Position numbers and translations under genes: made by a program. Of a stretch of DNA of 36,150 nucleotides, positions 1 through 8,218 are shown piece by piece. The stretch is from a virus (lineage: Duplodnaviria; Caudoviricetes): IMG/VR virus record IMGVR_UViG_3300024988_000239, positions 1-36,150 of that record; one strand, 5' to 3'. Position 1 is the first letter of the stretch. Each line of letters begins with the position of its first letter. The notes under the pieces are model-generated. The model was not told where the DNA came from. It did no database searches and was given only the letters and a program-made list of their open reading frames with translations.

Positions 1-858
1 TTATATCGAGATTATTATGGCATCTAATGGAGAGGTAATGCTGCTGGGATTCAAACGGGCAATGTGAAGGTAAGTTGCTGTTGTTTTGAAGGAGGTATGA
101 CCCATGAATTCCTGAATCTGCCTAATGTTTACCCCGGCTTCAAGCAAATGAGTTGCAAAAGAATGTCTTAAAGTATGTACAGTCACATCTTTTTTAATGC
201 CGGCTTTTTTGGCACTACTCATAACAACATGACTAACCATCGTCTCAGACATCTGTTTGCCCTTACTTCCTATTGGTTCAAACAAATACGTCGAGGGTCT
301 TTCTGATAGATAGTATTGGCGAAGCACAAAAAGGGTTGTCTCAGAAAGTAAAGTATATCGGTCTTTCTTACCCTTTCCCTGTACCACCCGGACTCGCATG
401 CGTTGTGAATCAATGTCTTTGAGGGTCATTTGTATCACTTCCATTTTACGCAAACCAGCCGAATAGGTAAGCATGATAATCGCTTTGTGTTTGAGGTTAG
501 AAGTGACCGATATCATACGTCCAATCTCAGAAAGCGATAACACAACAGGCAATTTTTTCTCTGATCTTGGTCTTTTTACATGAAATTCCTTCCATTCACG
601 ATGGCAAACATCAACATAAAATAATTTAAAGGCACTGATCAGCTGATTGATAGTGGAGACGGAGGCCCTTTTTTGGGTAATCAGGTATTGAAGGCGGGAC
701 TTGAAGTCTTCGGTATCGACTTCATACAAAGATTTCTGAATAATATGCTCCAGATTTACTAATAAAGAACAGTAGGTTTTAATGGTGCGTCCACTGTAAT
801 TGCGAATCTGCATCTCCTTGGTCAGCAGATCCTCGAAAGGTTGAAATGAGCTACTCAT
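1..858 (-). CDS. Tyrosine recombinase/integrase (XerD/integron-integrase-like, N-terminal SAM-like domain)
   Basis: Motifs YSAGLR, VVQGKGKKDR, HTLRHSFATHLLE, MGH..FKTT..Y. N-terminal RNYSGRTIKTY. ATG at 858 preferred; the ORF track extends to 885. Confidence 0.93.
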   Translation of the reverse strand: MSSSFQPFEDLLTKEMQIRNYSGRTIKTYCSLLVNLEHIIQKSLYEVDTEDFKSRLQYLITQKRASVSTINQLISAFKLFYVDVCHREWKEFHVKRPRSEKKLPVVLSLSEIGRMISVTSNLKHKAIIMLTYSAGLRKMEVIQMTLKDIDSQRMRVRVVQGKGKKDRYTLLSETTLFVLRQYYLSERPSTYLFEPIGSKGKQMSETMVSHVVMSSAKKAGIKKDVTVHTLRHSFATHLLEAGVNIRQIQEFMGHTSFKTTATYLHIARLNPSSITSPLDAIIISI

Positions 859-1204
859 GATGATAATTTTTAAAGTGTTTAACACCTCAAAATTATCACG
901 AATTTTAATTACCGGGACGGTTTAGTTCAACACGTTTATATCTACACCTCCTTTTTCTGTATCTACATATTGATTGTTTATATATCCTACTTAGTTATTC
1001 TTAATTCAAACATTAACTATAACACAATCAGCACTATACATTAGGTTTGCTGTTTTAACACATATGTATATACAGGAAATCATGTCAGCACAATATTCAA
1101 TAGTCAATCAACATTTCATAGTTCATCTTAGCGCAAATATACAAATATACATTTATAAAACACAAAGAAGTGTAAAAAATATTTTATTTGACTATGTTTG
1201 ATTA

Positions 1205-1283
1205 AGTTAAACAATTGTAAATCAGCTTGTTGTCCTGTGCTGAAAGATTGCATTTCACCAAATCCCTTAGTAAGTTTGTATCA
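1205..1283 (+). promoter_or_regulatory. Repeated promoter unit, copy 1 (AGTTAAACAA ... TAAGTTTG)
   Basis: TAAGTTTG at 1271-1278 matches the Bacteroidota -7 consensus TAnnTTTG. AGTTAAACAA starts 66 nt upstream, at 1205. Confidence 0.7.
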
Positions 1284-1321
1284 AAACACGATCACATTAA
1301 TCATTTATAAAACAATTGGTT

Positions 1322-1768
1322 ATGACAGCATTATTCAACAATCCATTATTATCGGCACAGTCAATCAGCAAAAAAGCAGTTGAAAGGTCTGGCCAGCTAC
1401 TTTACGATTTCTTCTCCGCAATGGAGGCTCAGGGTTACATCGAAGGTTTTGAATTCGAGATGAAGCCGTATAACAACGGATATGAGCTTAGATTTGAACC
1501 TGACTGCAATCTCGAGAAGCTGGAAAGTATTCCTTCTGGTTTACGGAACTACTGCTTCGGAACATATATTATCTGTTTCTATCCGGAGAGCTTTTTCAAT
1601 TCCTACTTTAAAGAAGGAGGTGCGTCACTCGCATACCGATTATTCAACGGTGAATATAAAACCATCAAGGTCAACGAAGAAACCAACTGGGATACTCTGA
1701 TAAACGACTTTTGGAAAGCCAACTGTTCAAAACTAAGCGAAGCAAGTGAGCTGTTAATGTCAAGGTAA
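1322..1768 (+). CDS. Hypothetical phage protein
   Basis: ORF between promoter copy 1 and a terminator. ATG at 1322 in an AT-rich context. Confidence 0.75.
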   Translation: MTALFNNPLLSAQSISKKAVERSGQLLYDFFSAMEAQGYIEGFEFEMKPYNNGYELRFEPDCNLEKLESIPSGLRNYCFGTYIICFYPESFFNSYFKEGGASLAYRLFNGEYKTIKVNEETNWDTLINDFWKANCSKLSEASELLMSR

Positions 1769-1787
1769 TCATAATTTTGAATGCTCA

Positions 1788-1816
1788 GAAGGGGGTGTAA
1801 ATCACTCCCTTTTTTT
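1788..1816 (+). terminator. Intrinsic terminator
   Basis: GAAGGGGGTG-taaat-CACTCCCTTT followed by a T tract. Confidence 0.75.
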
Positions 1817-1829
1817 GTGCGAAAATATT

Positions 1830-1908
1830 AGTTAAACAAATATAAATCAGTTAGTTATATGCGAATAGCTGTTTGCAAATATTCCCAATCCTTAGTAAGT
1901 TTGTATCA
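1830..1908 (+). promoter_or_regulatory. Repeated promoter unit, copy 2
   Basis: AGTTAAACAA at 1830, -33 TTTG at 1872-1875, -7 TAAGTTTG at 1896-1903 (20-nt spacer). Confidence 0.78.
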
Positions 1909-1936
1909 TAATTAAAACACTAAAAACTAAATAGTT

Positions 1937-2128
1937 ATGACTACGCAAAAGCAAATACATTCAGAATTAACATTCACCTACGAATTGTTTTATAACGAGT
2001 ATTTCTGTGATAGCTTTACATACTTAGACGATGCCATTAGCAGGGCCAAATATATCATAAATGCTAATCCTGATTCCAAAGGTGGTTTTACCATAGTATT
2101 GAACAGCACAATTATAGCAGTATACTAA
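1937..2128 (+). CDS. Small hypothetical phage protein
   Basis: First ORF after promoter copy 2, abutting the next ORF. Confidence 0.65.
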   Translation: MTTQKQIHSELTFTYELFYNEYFCDSFTYLDDAISRAKYIINANPDSKGGFTIVLNSTIIAVY

Positions 2129-2130
2129 TC

Positions 2131-2376
2131 ATGGAAACCAAAACTAACAAAGCCCTTTCATTATTCAGCTCCGGTGACATTGCCGGAGCATTGAAAATCT
2201 TCAAAACATTCCGGATAGGACTAACCGCAGATGAAAGACGAATTCTTCAGATAGCCCAGGAATCATTAACCGGAAAAGAAAGCTTCTACCAGTCATTACA
2301 GCTCAATACAGAAGCAATCAAGCAAGAAGCAATACAAATCATCAAACAGAAGTATAGTCTTAAAAAAACGCTCTAA
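2131..2376 (+). CDS. Small helical hypothetical phage protein
   Basis: 81-aa ORF in tight operon spacing. Confidence 0.75.
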   Translation: METKTNKALSLFSSGDIAGALKIFKTFRIGLTADERRILQIAQESLTGKESFYQSLQLNTEAIKQEAIQIIKQKYSLKKTL

Positions 2377-2440
2377 CTATAAAATTTCCAGCTAACAGTA
2401 GCTAATCACATTTTAATAGAATTATCAAAAATCAAGTAAA

Positions 2441-2770
2441 ATGGAAACGAATACAGACATCAAACCATTCTGCAACCTATATCTTTGGACAGATGTGGAA
2501 CCTTACGAAGTTGTAGAAGTAGTCAGCCCGAAAAAAGTAATGATCCGAAAAATGGATGCGGTGCTAAAGGTGGCACCTCAAACTTTCCATCAGGGTGGTT
2601 TTGCTGCCCACTGCGAGGATAACGATTCTCAACGTTGGGAGTGTACCAGTAATCCGGATTATCCACTTGAAACAATCACTCTTACCAAAAACGGCTGGGG
2701 AAAGCCCGGCAGTCATGGAAGGTATAAAATGAGTGATAAGCCAGTGAAGTTTTATGATTATAATTTTTGA
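2441..2770 (+). CDS. Hypothetical phage protein
   Basis: 109-aa ORF with an A-rich initiation region (PYEVVEVVSPKKVMIR...GGFAAHC...KFYDYNF). Confidence 0.78.
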   Translation: METNTDIKPFCNLYLWTDVEPYEVVEVVSPKKVMIRKMDAVLKVAPQTFHQGGFAAHCEDNDSQRWECTSNPDYPLETITLTKNGWGKPGSHGRYKMSDKPVKFYDYNF

Positions 2771-2775
2771 AAGCA

Positions 2776-2967
2776 ATGAAAACAGTCAATGTAGTAGTAA
2801 TGGATTATTCATGCTGTAAGGTAACACACCTACAAAACATCATCATACCCGAAGAGAACGACGTTGTTGAAAGCACCATGATTGAAAATTACCTTTCGGA
2901 TAACGGATTCCACCTTTCCAATTGCAGTTGGATGTCGAGTGAGGATGAAATCGAGTTTGAAATGTAA
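2776..2967 (+). CDS. Small acidic hypothetical protein
   Basis: ATG at 2776, five nt after the previous stop. Confidence 0.65.
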   Translation: MKTVNVVVMDYSCCKVTHLQNIIIPEENDVVESTMIENYLSDNGFHLSNCSWMSSEDEIEFEM

Positions 2968-3036
2968 CCTTATGGATATGTCAGGATAATTCAACGGAAC
3001 TCATTCAATATCAAATTGTTGAGATTATGTTTAATT

Positions 3037-3080
3037 AACAGAAAGTGCTTGTCAAATAAGCATTTTCTGTTTTATTTTTG
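3037..3080 (+). promoter_or_regulatory. Putative late promoter: TGCTT-N7-AAGCA palindrome plus -7 TATTTTTG. The extended hairpin could also act as a terminator.
   Basis: AAAGTGCTTGTCAAATAAGCA at 3042-3062 and TATTTTTG at 3073-3080. Near-identical motif precedes the lysis cassette. Confidence 0.65.
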
Positions 3081-3116
3081 TCTGAAAGAATTTATTAAAA
3101 TACTTATTAAGTATCC

Positions 3117-3791
3117 ATGAACGAGAAGATTTTAGCGCTGTTGACTAATAAATTCACACAGGCACGAAAAGACGGATTGCAGCAGTTGGCACGCTCACTG
3201 GCGTTACAGGTTGCTGATGAATCCGAAGCACAGGCACTCATCGACAAACTAACGGTCGAGAAAGTTACTGATTTCATCAAAGAATGGAGACGTGAGGTTG
3301 ATTCGGAAGTTTCCAATGCCAACAAAACCTTTGAGAGCACACTACGCTCGAAGTATGATTTTGTTGACAAGAAACACCAACCGGAATCACACAAAACCGA
3401 AACTTCCAAACAAGAAACTCCTGACGAGGTAGCCGAGATTATCAAACAATCCATTCAGGCTGCCGTACAACCCCTTCAGGAAAAAATCTCACTTCTTGAG
3501 AACGGAAAAATCACCGATTCACGTAAGCAAACTCTCGAGCGTAAACTCAAAGCAGCTCCGGAAGCATTTAAGAAAACTGTAATGAGCAGTTTTGGTAAGA
3601 TGCAATTTCAGAATGAGGAGGAGTTCAACTCTTTCATATCTGAAACCGAGCAAAATCTTGAAGCATTTACGCAGGAGGCTGCAAACTCCGGATTGGGAAG
3701 CTTCCCCCGCCCTGGCATTCCTGCAGGGACTGTTTCTCAGGAATCGGTTACTGCCGACATTAAAGCCTGGGCAGGCACCCGACAGGAATAA
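3117..3791 (+). CDS. Putative capsid scaffolding protein
   Basis: Helical, charged 224-aa protein heading the structural operon, directly before the decoration and capsid genes. Confidence 0.7.
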   Translation: MNEKILALLTNKFTQARKDGLQQLARSLALQVADESEAQALIDKLTVEKVTDFIKEWRREVDSEVSNANKTFESTLRSKYDFVDKKHQPESHKTETSKQETPDEVAEIIKQSIQAAVQPLQEKISLLENGKITDSRKQTLERKLKAAPEAFKKTVMSSFGKMQFQNEEEFNSFISETEQNLEAFTQEAANSGLGSFPRPGIPAGTVSQESVTADIKAWAGTRQE

Positions 3792-3826
3792 CTATCAATC
3801 ATTTATTCACTTTTGAAATTTAAGCT

Positions 3827-4399
3827 ATGCAGATTAAAAAAGAATATGCACGGGCTGGAATTCCTATTTGGCAGAGTAAAAACACTCAGGTTGCCCAAGG
3901 TGGTTATTTGCTGCATGATTCAGCATTTAGCACCGAAGGTACAGTTGTTCCTGCCGGAATTCCAATCGGTTTTGACGATACCACACGCAAAGCAAAGGTT
4001 GGCAAGTTTGCAGTAATGCAGGCAAGCGCAACCGCTTCTGCTACTGATTACAAAGTAACCAAAGGGCACCGGCTCAAAGTTGGTATGGCTCTCACTTGCG
4101 GTACAGCTTCCGGATCACAAAACATCACTGAAATCAACACCACCCATCAGGATTACGATGTGGTGAAACTCTCTGCAACGCTGGGAGTTGCTTTTTCGGT
4201 TGGAGATGCTTTGTATGTGAACGATGAGGGTTACACCCAACTCAAAGGCTTACTTTACGAGGATGTTGTCATAGACTCTAACGGAGTTGCTGATGTTGCC
4301 GTAGTGCTTCGGGGAACTGTTTATGCACGTAGGATTGTGCCGGTTCCGGAAGCTATTCAGGCAAAACTACCTCTTATTATTTTCTCACAATCTTATTAA
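3827..4399 (+). CDS. Putative head decoration protein
   Basis: Between scaffold and capsid. VVPAGIPIG...KGLLYEDV...VVLRGTVY pattern typical of decoration proteins. Confidence 0.7.
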   Translation: MQIKKEYARAGIPIWQSKNTQVAQGGYLLHDSAFSTEGTVVPAGIPIGFDDTTRKAKVGKFAVMQASATASATDYKVTKGHRLKVGMALTCGTASGSQNITEINTTHQDYDVVKLSATLGVAFSVGDALYVNDEGYTQLKGLLYEDVVIDSNGVADVAVVLRGTVYARRIVPVPEAIQAKLPLIIFSQSY

Positions 4400-4411
4400 G
4401 GAGGATAACAT

Positions 4412-5500
4412 ATGTCTAAAATACAATCCATTTTTGGGGTATATGCAAGCAGTTTGCAGGCTATCATCGACAATAGTCTCGACCGTTTCGCTCCTAACTG
4501 GTATCCTAAATACTTTGGTTGGGCTCCGGCACAACAAACCCTTACCTTCACTTCGGTGGTAGGTGCAAGCCGTATTGAAGCAGCCGCTTCGATTGTCAAT
4601 CGTTCTTCGGAAGCACCGTTGAGGGCTCGTTCAGAAATGAGCAAGTATCAGGGTGAAATTCCTGCTATTAAGCAGAAATTCTCCATGCGTGAAGGTGATT
4701 ACCGTGATTTCCTTGCTCTTCAGGCATCGAGTCTGGATGAAGCAGCTAAGAAAGCCCAGCTGTTGGACTTCTTATTCGATGATGTGAAGAAAGCCGGAAG
4801 TGCTCCACACAAACGTTTGGACATTATGGTTCTTCAGGCCATCTCTACCGGAAAGATTTCGCTCACTGTGGATAACAACCCAGACGGTATCATCTTAAAG
4901 GAGGATTTAGACCTGTTGATGCCGTTGGATAACAAGCTTTCGGTTACTACCACTGCTGAACGCAAGTGGCGCAATCCGCTTACTTCCACACCACTTACCG
5001 ACATTACCAATGTTGTTACTCAGGCCCGACTGAAAGGTCACTCGTTTGAAAAAATTCTGATGAGCATGACGCAGGCCATGCAGTTGGCTAAAAGCAAGGA
5101 AGTGATTGATAGCTTAATCTCTTTCAATCAATTGCAAAAAGGTGCTGCAATTGCTACTATTGCAAAGGTTAACGAGTACCTGCAGGCCAACTTACTTCCA
5201 CCTATCGAACTGGTAGATGAAGTGATTGGAATTGAAAAGGATGGTGTAATCAATACTATTCGTCCATGGCAGGAAGGAAACATTTCTTTCATTCCATCGG
5301 GTAAGCTGGGAGTAATCAAAAACGCTGTTTGTCTGGAACAGATGCAGCCCGTTCAGCACGTAAACTATGCCGTTTACAACCGAGCATTACTCAGCAAATG
5401 GCAGGAAAACGACCCGTGGGCAGAATTCACGGCTGTTGAGTTGAATGCTTTCCCGGCATTTGAAGCCATCGATAAGGTGTACATTCTGAATGTGGATTAA
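4412..5500 (+). CDS. Major capsid protein (lambda gpE-like family, HK97 fold)
   Basis: 362 aa, position in operon, GEIPAIKQK and LQAISTGKI motifs. Confidence 0.88.
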   Translation: MSKIQSIFGVYASSLQAIIDNSLDRFAPNWYPKYFGWAPAQQTLTFTSVVGASRIEAAASIVNRSSEAPLRARSEMSKYQGEIPAIKQKFSMREGDYRDFLALQASSLDEAAKKAQLLDFLFDDVKKAGSAPHKRLDIMVLQAISTGKISLTVDNNPDGIILKEDLDLLMPLDNKLSVTTTAERKWRNPLTSTPLTDITNVVTQARLKGHSFEKILMSMTQAMQLAKSKEVIDSLISFNQLQKGAAIATIAKVNEYLQANLLPPIELVDEVIGIEKDGVINTIRPWQEGNISFIPSGKLGVIKNAVCLEQMQPVQHVNYAVYNRALLSKWQENDPWAEFTAVELNAFPAFEAIDKVYILNVD

Positions 5501-5503
5501 TCT

Positions 5504-5809
5504 ATGACTACAAGGCAATACCTGCAAATAGCTCTTTCAAAGTTTGAAGTTGGTGATTCGTTGATTGATTTAATAGTTGTTGAGAACAGTCTTGACCCGG
5601 ATTCCGATGTGTGTGTTGATGATATAAAGCGAGCGATTCATCGGAGTCTGGGCACTTGGTTGCCTGTTCAGGCATCTGTTTCAGAGGGAGGTGTATCAAT
5701 GACATGGAATTTGGATGCTATAAAACTCTACTATTCATCTCTGAGTCGGGAATTGGGCTTAGAGGATGTCACAAAGCCAACCATCAGGGATTATTCAAAC
5801 ATTTGGTAG
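5504..5809 (+). CDS. Head-tail adaptor/connector
   Basis: Follows the capsid gene. SVSEGGVSMTW beta-hairpin motif typical of adaptors. Confidence 0.72.
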   Translation: MTTRQYLQIALSKFEVGDSLIDLIVVENSLDPDSDVCVDDIKRAIHRSLGTWLPVQASVSEGGVSMTWNLDAIKLYYSSLSRELGLEDVTKPTIRDYSNIW

Positions 5810-5810
5810 C

Positions 5811-6119
5811 ATGAAGGGATTTGTTCGGGCGATGTATCAAACCTTAGGAGGTATCAACGAGGATGGAGAACCTATTGCAGCAGTAAAGACATGGGGAGAA
5901 TATATCCCCTGTCAGTACGCTGCCAATACGCTTTCCAACAAGGGGGTTTACGTGGGTAAAGAGTTTCAGGAATCATCCTTTACCATCACCCTGAAGGATA
6001 TGTCGTTCAAAGCAGATTTCATTCTACTTTCCAACTCCAAAAAGGAGCTGGTATGTGAAAAGCAGGTATTAAGTCTTGAAGTGTTGGAATCCGTAAAGCG
6101 TGTGAAAATTACCGTGTGA
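5811..6119 (+). CDS. Putative head closure (stopper) protein
   Basis: Synteny. GGINEDGEP...WGEYIPC motif. ATG at 5811 directly after the upstream TAG. Confidence 0.65.
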   Translation: MKGFVRAMYQTLGGINEDGEPIAAVKTWGEYIPCQYAANTLSNKGVYVGKEFQESSFTITLKDMSFKADFILLSNSKKELVCEKQVLSLEVLESVKRVKITV

Positions 6120-6562
6120 TGCCTATTCAACAGAAAACACCACAAACACTCATTGATGAGTATTTAGCCAAACGTCTGAAAGAGCGGGAGGCCAAACTCA
6201 TTTATATGCTTGAATATGCAGGTGTCCTTTGTGTTCGGGAAGCAAAACTCAATCCCGGCTACATCGATCAAACGGGTAATTTACGCAGCTCTATCGGATA
6301 TATGATACTAAAAGAGGGAAGAGTTGTTAGCAGGTCAGGCTTTCATCAGGAAAAAGATGGTGATGATGGTGTAAAAGAGGGAAAGAATTTCCTGAAAAGC
6401 CTTATTGCCAACAACCAAAAAGGGTTGGTTTTGATAGTGGTTGCCGGAATGAATTACGCAGCTTATGTGGAGACCAAACGCAACGTCCTCAAAAAATCAG
6501 AATTACTGGCAGAGGAGTTAGTGCCCAAATTATTACGGCAGTTAGGATTCAAAGTGCAATGA
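6119..6562 (+). CDS. Neck/tail completion protein (HK97 gp10-like)
   Basis: DQTGNLRSSIGY and AGMNYAAYVE motifs. Confidence 0.82.
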   Translation: MPIQQKTPQTLIDEYLAKRLKEREAKLIYMLEYAGVLCVREAKLNPGYIDQTGNLRSSIGYMILKEGRVVSRSGFHQEKDGDDGVKEGKNFLKSLIANNQKGLVLIVVAGMNYAAYVETKRNVLKKSELLAEELVPKLLRQLGFKVQ

Positions 6563-6966
6563 AAAAGACCGGAAGTACATTTGAAAAGGAAGTGTTTCAG
6601 CTCATCAGGGATAGCCCGCTTAAAACGGCTATTTCGGGCGGAATATACCGTGATGGAATGCGCCCTTTCAACTCTCATCAGGAGGATGCGATTGTCTCAT
6701 TTCTGACAGGTATTGATGGCCAATTCCAGCGTGGGATTGTAAACATCAATATCTTCATTCCGGACATTGAGTTTGGTGGTCAGAACAGGGTAAAAAACAT
6801 CGCCCGGTGCAATCAGATTGAGGAGTTGTGTCAGGGGGTTATTTCATCCCTCAAAAAGGATGGATATCGCTTTTCGCTGGATTCACTTATCCAGACTTTC
6901 AAAGCAGAAGAAACCGACCAACACTTTGTAAATGTGAAGTTGAGATTCGATTACGTGACATTTTAA
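6559..6966 (+). CDS. Putative tail terminator protein
   Basis: Position before the tail tube. ISGGIYRDGMRP...VNINIFIPD...QHFVNVKL. Confidence 0.72.
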   Translation: MKKTGSTFEKEVFQLIRDSPLKTAISGGIYRDGMRPFNSHQEDAIVSFLTGIDGQFQRGIVNINIFIPDIEFGGQNRVKNIARCNQIEELCQGVISSLKKDGYRFSLDSLIQTFKAEETDQHFVNVKLRFDYVTF

Positions 6967-6978
6967 AATTTTGAAGTT

Positions 6979-7434
6979 ATGGCTTTATCATGGGGAAAAC
7001 CAAAAATAGAAGTAGCACCGTATGTTGATGGTGCTTTGCCTGCTTCTCCTGCATATACTGCATTTCCCGAAGTTCGGGAGGATAGTGCACGTCTTTCCAC
7101 TACCAAGGGAAAGAAAAGGGAAGCAAGGGCAGAAGGAGGTGATTTAGTGGATATGTGCTATTCCAAAAACTCCTACACTTTCGAGTGTGAGGTATTCGTT
7201 AAGCCCGGAGATACCCGGCCCATCGAGGATAACGATGGTGTGATTGCAACCAAATATGCAATTCGTTTAACACCGGAAGACCCGACAGCAGAAGGATTCT
7301 TGTTTGAAAAAGCACTGGTAAGTGTGGAAGAGATATGGAGTTCGGCTGATGGAAAGCTCATCAAATACACTTTTGAAGCACTCAAACCTGCAAATGGTAA
7401 GATGTGCAAACCTTATACGGGATCGGCTGTATAG
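6979..7434 (+). CDS. Major tail tube protein
   Basis: 151 aa, MALSWGKPKIE start, beta-rich, located between the terminator and chaperone genes. Confidence 0.78.
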   Translation: MALSWGKPKIEVAPYVDGALPASPAYTAFPEVREDSARLSTTKGKKREARAEGGDLVDMCYSKNSYTFECEVFVKPGDTRPIEDNDGVIATKYAIRLTPEDPTAEGFLFEKALVSVEEIWSSADGKLIKYTFEALKPANGKMCKPYTGSAV

Positions 7435-7444
7435 CCTCTTTTTT

Positions 7445-7521
7445 AGCGGGGGAGAACGACGGTTGTTCGTCTGTTTATCAGTAACAGAAGGTTGGTGGTT
7501 CGATTCCACCCCTCGCAACTA
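7445..7521 (+). ncRNA. tRNA-like cloverleaf (degenerate, initiator-tRNA-like scaffold, TCA at the centre of the anticodon loop)
   Basis: Acceptor GCGGGG/CCTCGC; D stem GAAC/GTTC; anticodon stem TCTGTT/AACAGA around TATCAGT; variable loop AGGTT; T arm GGTGG-TTCGATT-CCACC. Confidence 0.72.
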
Positions 7522-7541
7522 TTTTTTTATGAAGGGACGAT

Positions 7542-8015
7542 ATGCGAGTTGAAGAAAAAGTAGCAAGTACAATTTTTCAGGAAGCTGGAAAAATCATGAT
7601 AGGCGGTAAGGAGTATCCAATGGCTCCACCTACTACTGCCACACTTATTCAGGTGTCGAGATTGATTTCAAAACTACCGGACATCAAGCTCGAAAACGAT
7701 GAAGTGTTTTTCGGGTCACTAATGATAGCCAGAGAATGCCAGATTTTGGGCAAAATAGCCGCAATATTAATATTGGGCGTCGACAGGCATATTTTTTATC
7801 ATTCCGAAAGAAAAACGCTCTTAAATCGCCTTAAAACTCCTCATGCCCGAAAAGTTGATGAACTGGCCGATAAAATTCTTTTTGAATGCCGGCCAAGCGA
7901 AGTGAATTCTTTCATCGTAAACCAACTATCAAAGATGGAGATAGGTGATTTTTTCGGGCTTACCACTTCCCTTTGCGAAATAAACATTCTAAGAAAAACA
8001 AGGGGGGTGGTGTAG
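7542..8015 (+). CDS. Tail assembly chaperone (lambda gpG analogue)
   Basis: Between tail tube and tape measure, contains an in-frame slippery heptamer T TTT TTC. Confidence 0.78.
   Translation: MRVEEKVASTIFQEAGKIMIGGKEYPMAPPTTATLIQVSRLISKLPDIKLENDEVFFGSLMIARECQILGKIAAILILGVDRHIFYHSERKTLLNRLKTPHARKVDELADKILFECRPSEVNSFIVNQLSKMEIGDFFGLTTSLCEINILRKTRGVV
7949..7955 (+). other. Putative -1 programmed ribosomal frameshift site TTTTTTC
   Basis: Frame 0 reads GAT TTT TTC. The -1 frame opens right after TGA at 7946-7948 and runs to 8218. Confidence 0.72.
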
Positions 8016-8218
8016 AAAACGACAGTATCTGGTCACTGGTTGCCGGTATGGCCAAAAACTTTCCACAACTAACTTTCAACGCAATTTTATTTGAATTAAG
8101 CTACGCCAATCTTGTACTGTACAGTGCAGTATTGCCAACGTATGAAGAGGATAACGGTGATATTGATGCTGATGACCCACGAAACAAACATCTGATAAGG
8201 AGCATGCTGTATGATTAA
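7949..8218 (+). CDS. Frameshift extension of the tail chaperone (lambda gpT analogue)
   Basis: Open -1 frame overlapping the chaperone end and the tape measure start. Confidence 0.7.
   Translation, partial: FFRAYHFPLRNKHSKKNKGGGVENDSIWSLVAGMAKNFPQLTFNAILFELSYANLVLYSAVLPTYEEDNGDIDADDPRNKHLIRSMLYD

Noticed and set aside
7445-7521. Selenocysteine tRNA or stop-codon recoding of the phage
   Set aside because: No long variable arm, and phage genes read intact in the standard code with TGA used as a normal stop (e.g. 6119, 6562, 12065).
7267-7552. ORFs 7267-7518 (-) and 7322-7552 (+)
   Set aside because: They are translations across the tail tube end and the tRNA-like element.
8001-8010. G run (AGGGGGGT) as the chaperone frameshift site
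   Set aside because: Not in X XXY YYZ phase; T TTT TTC at 7949 fits better, though a contribution cannot be excluded.
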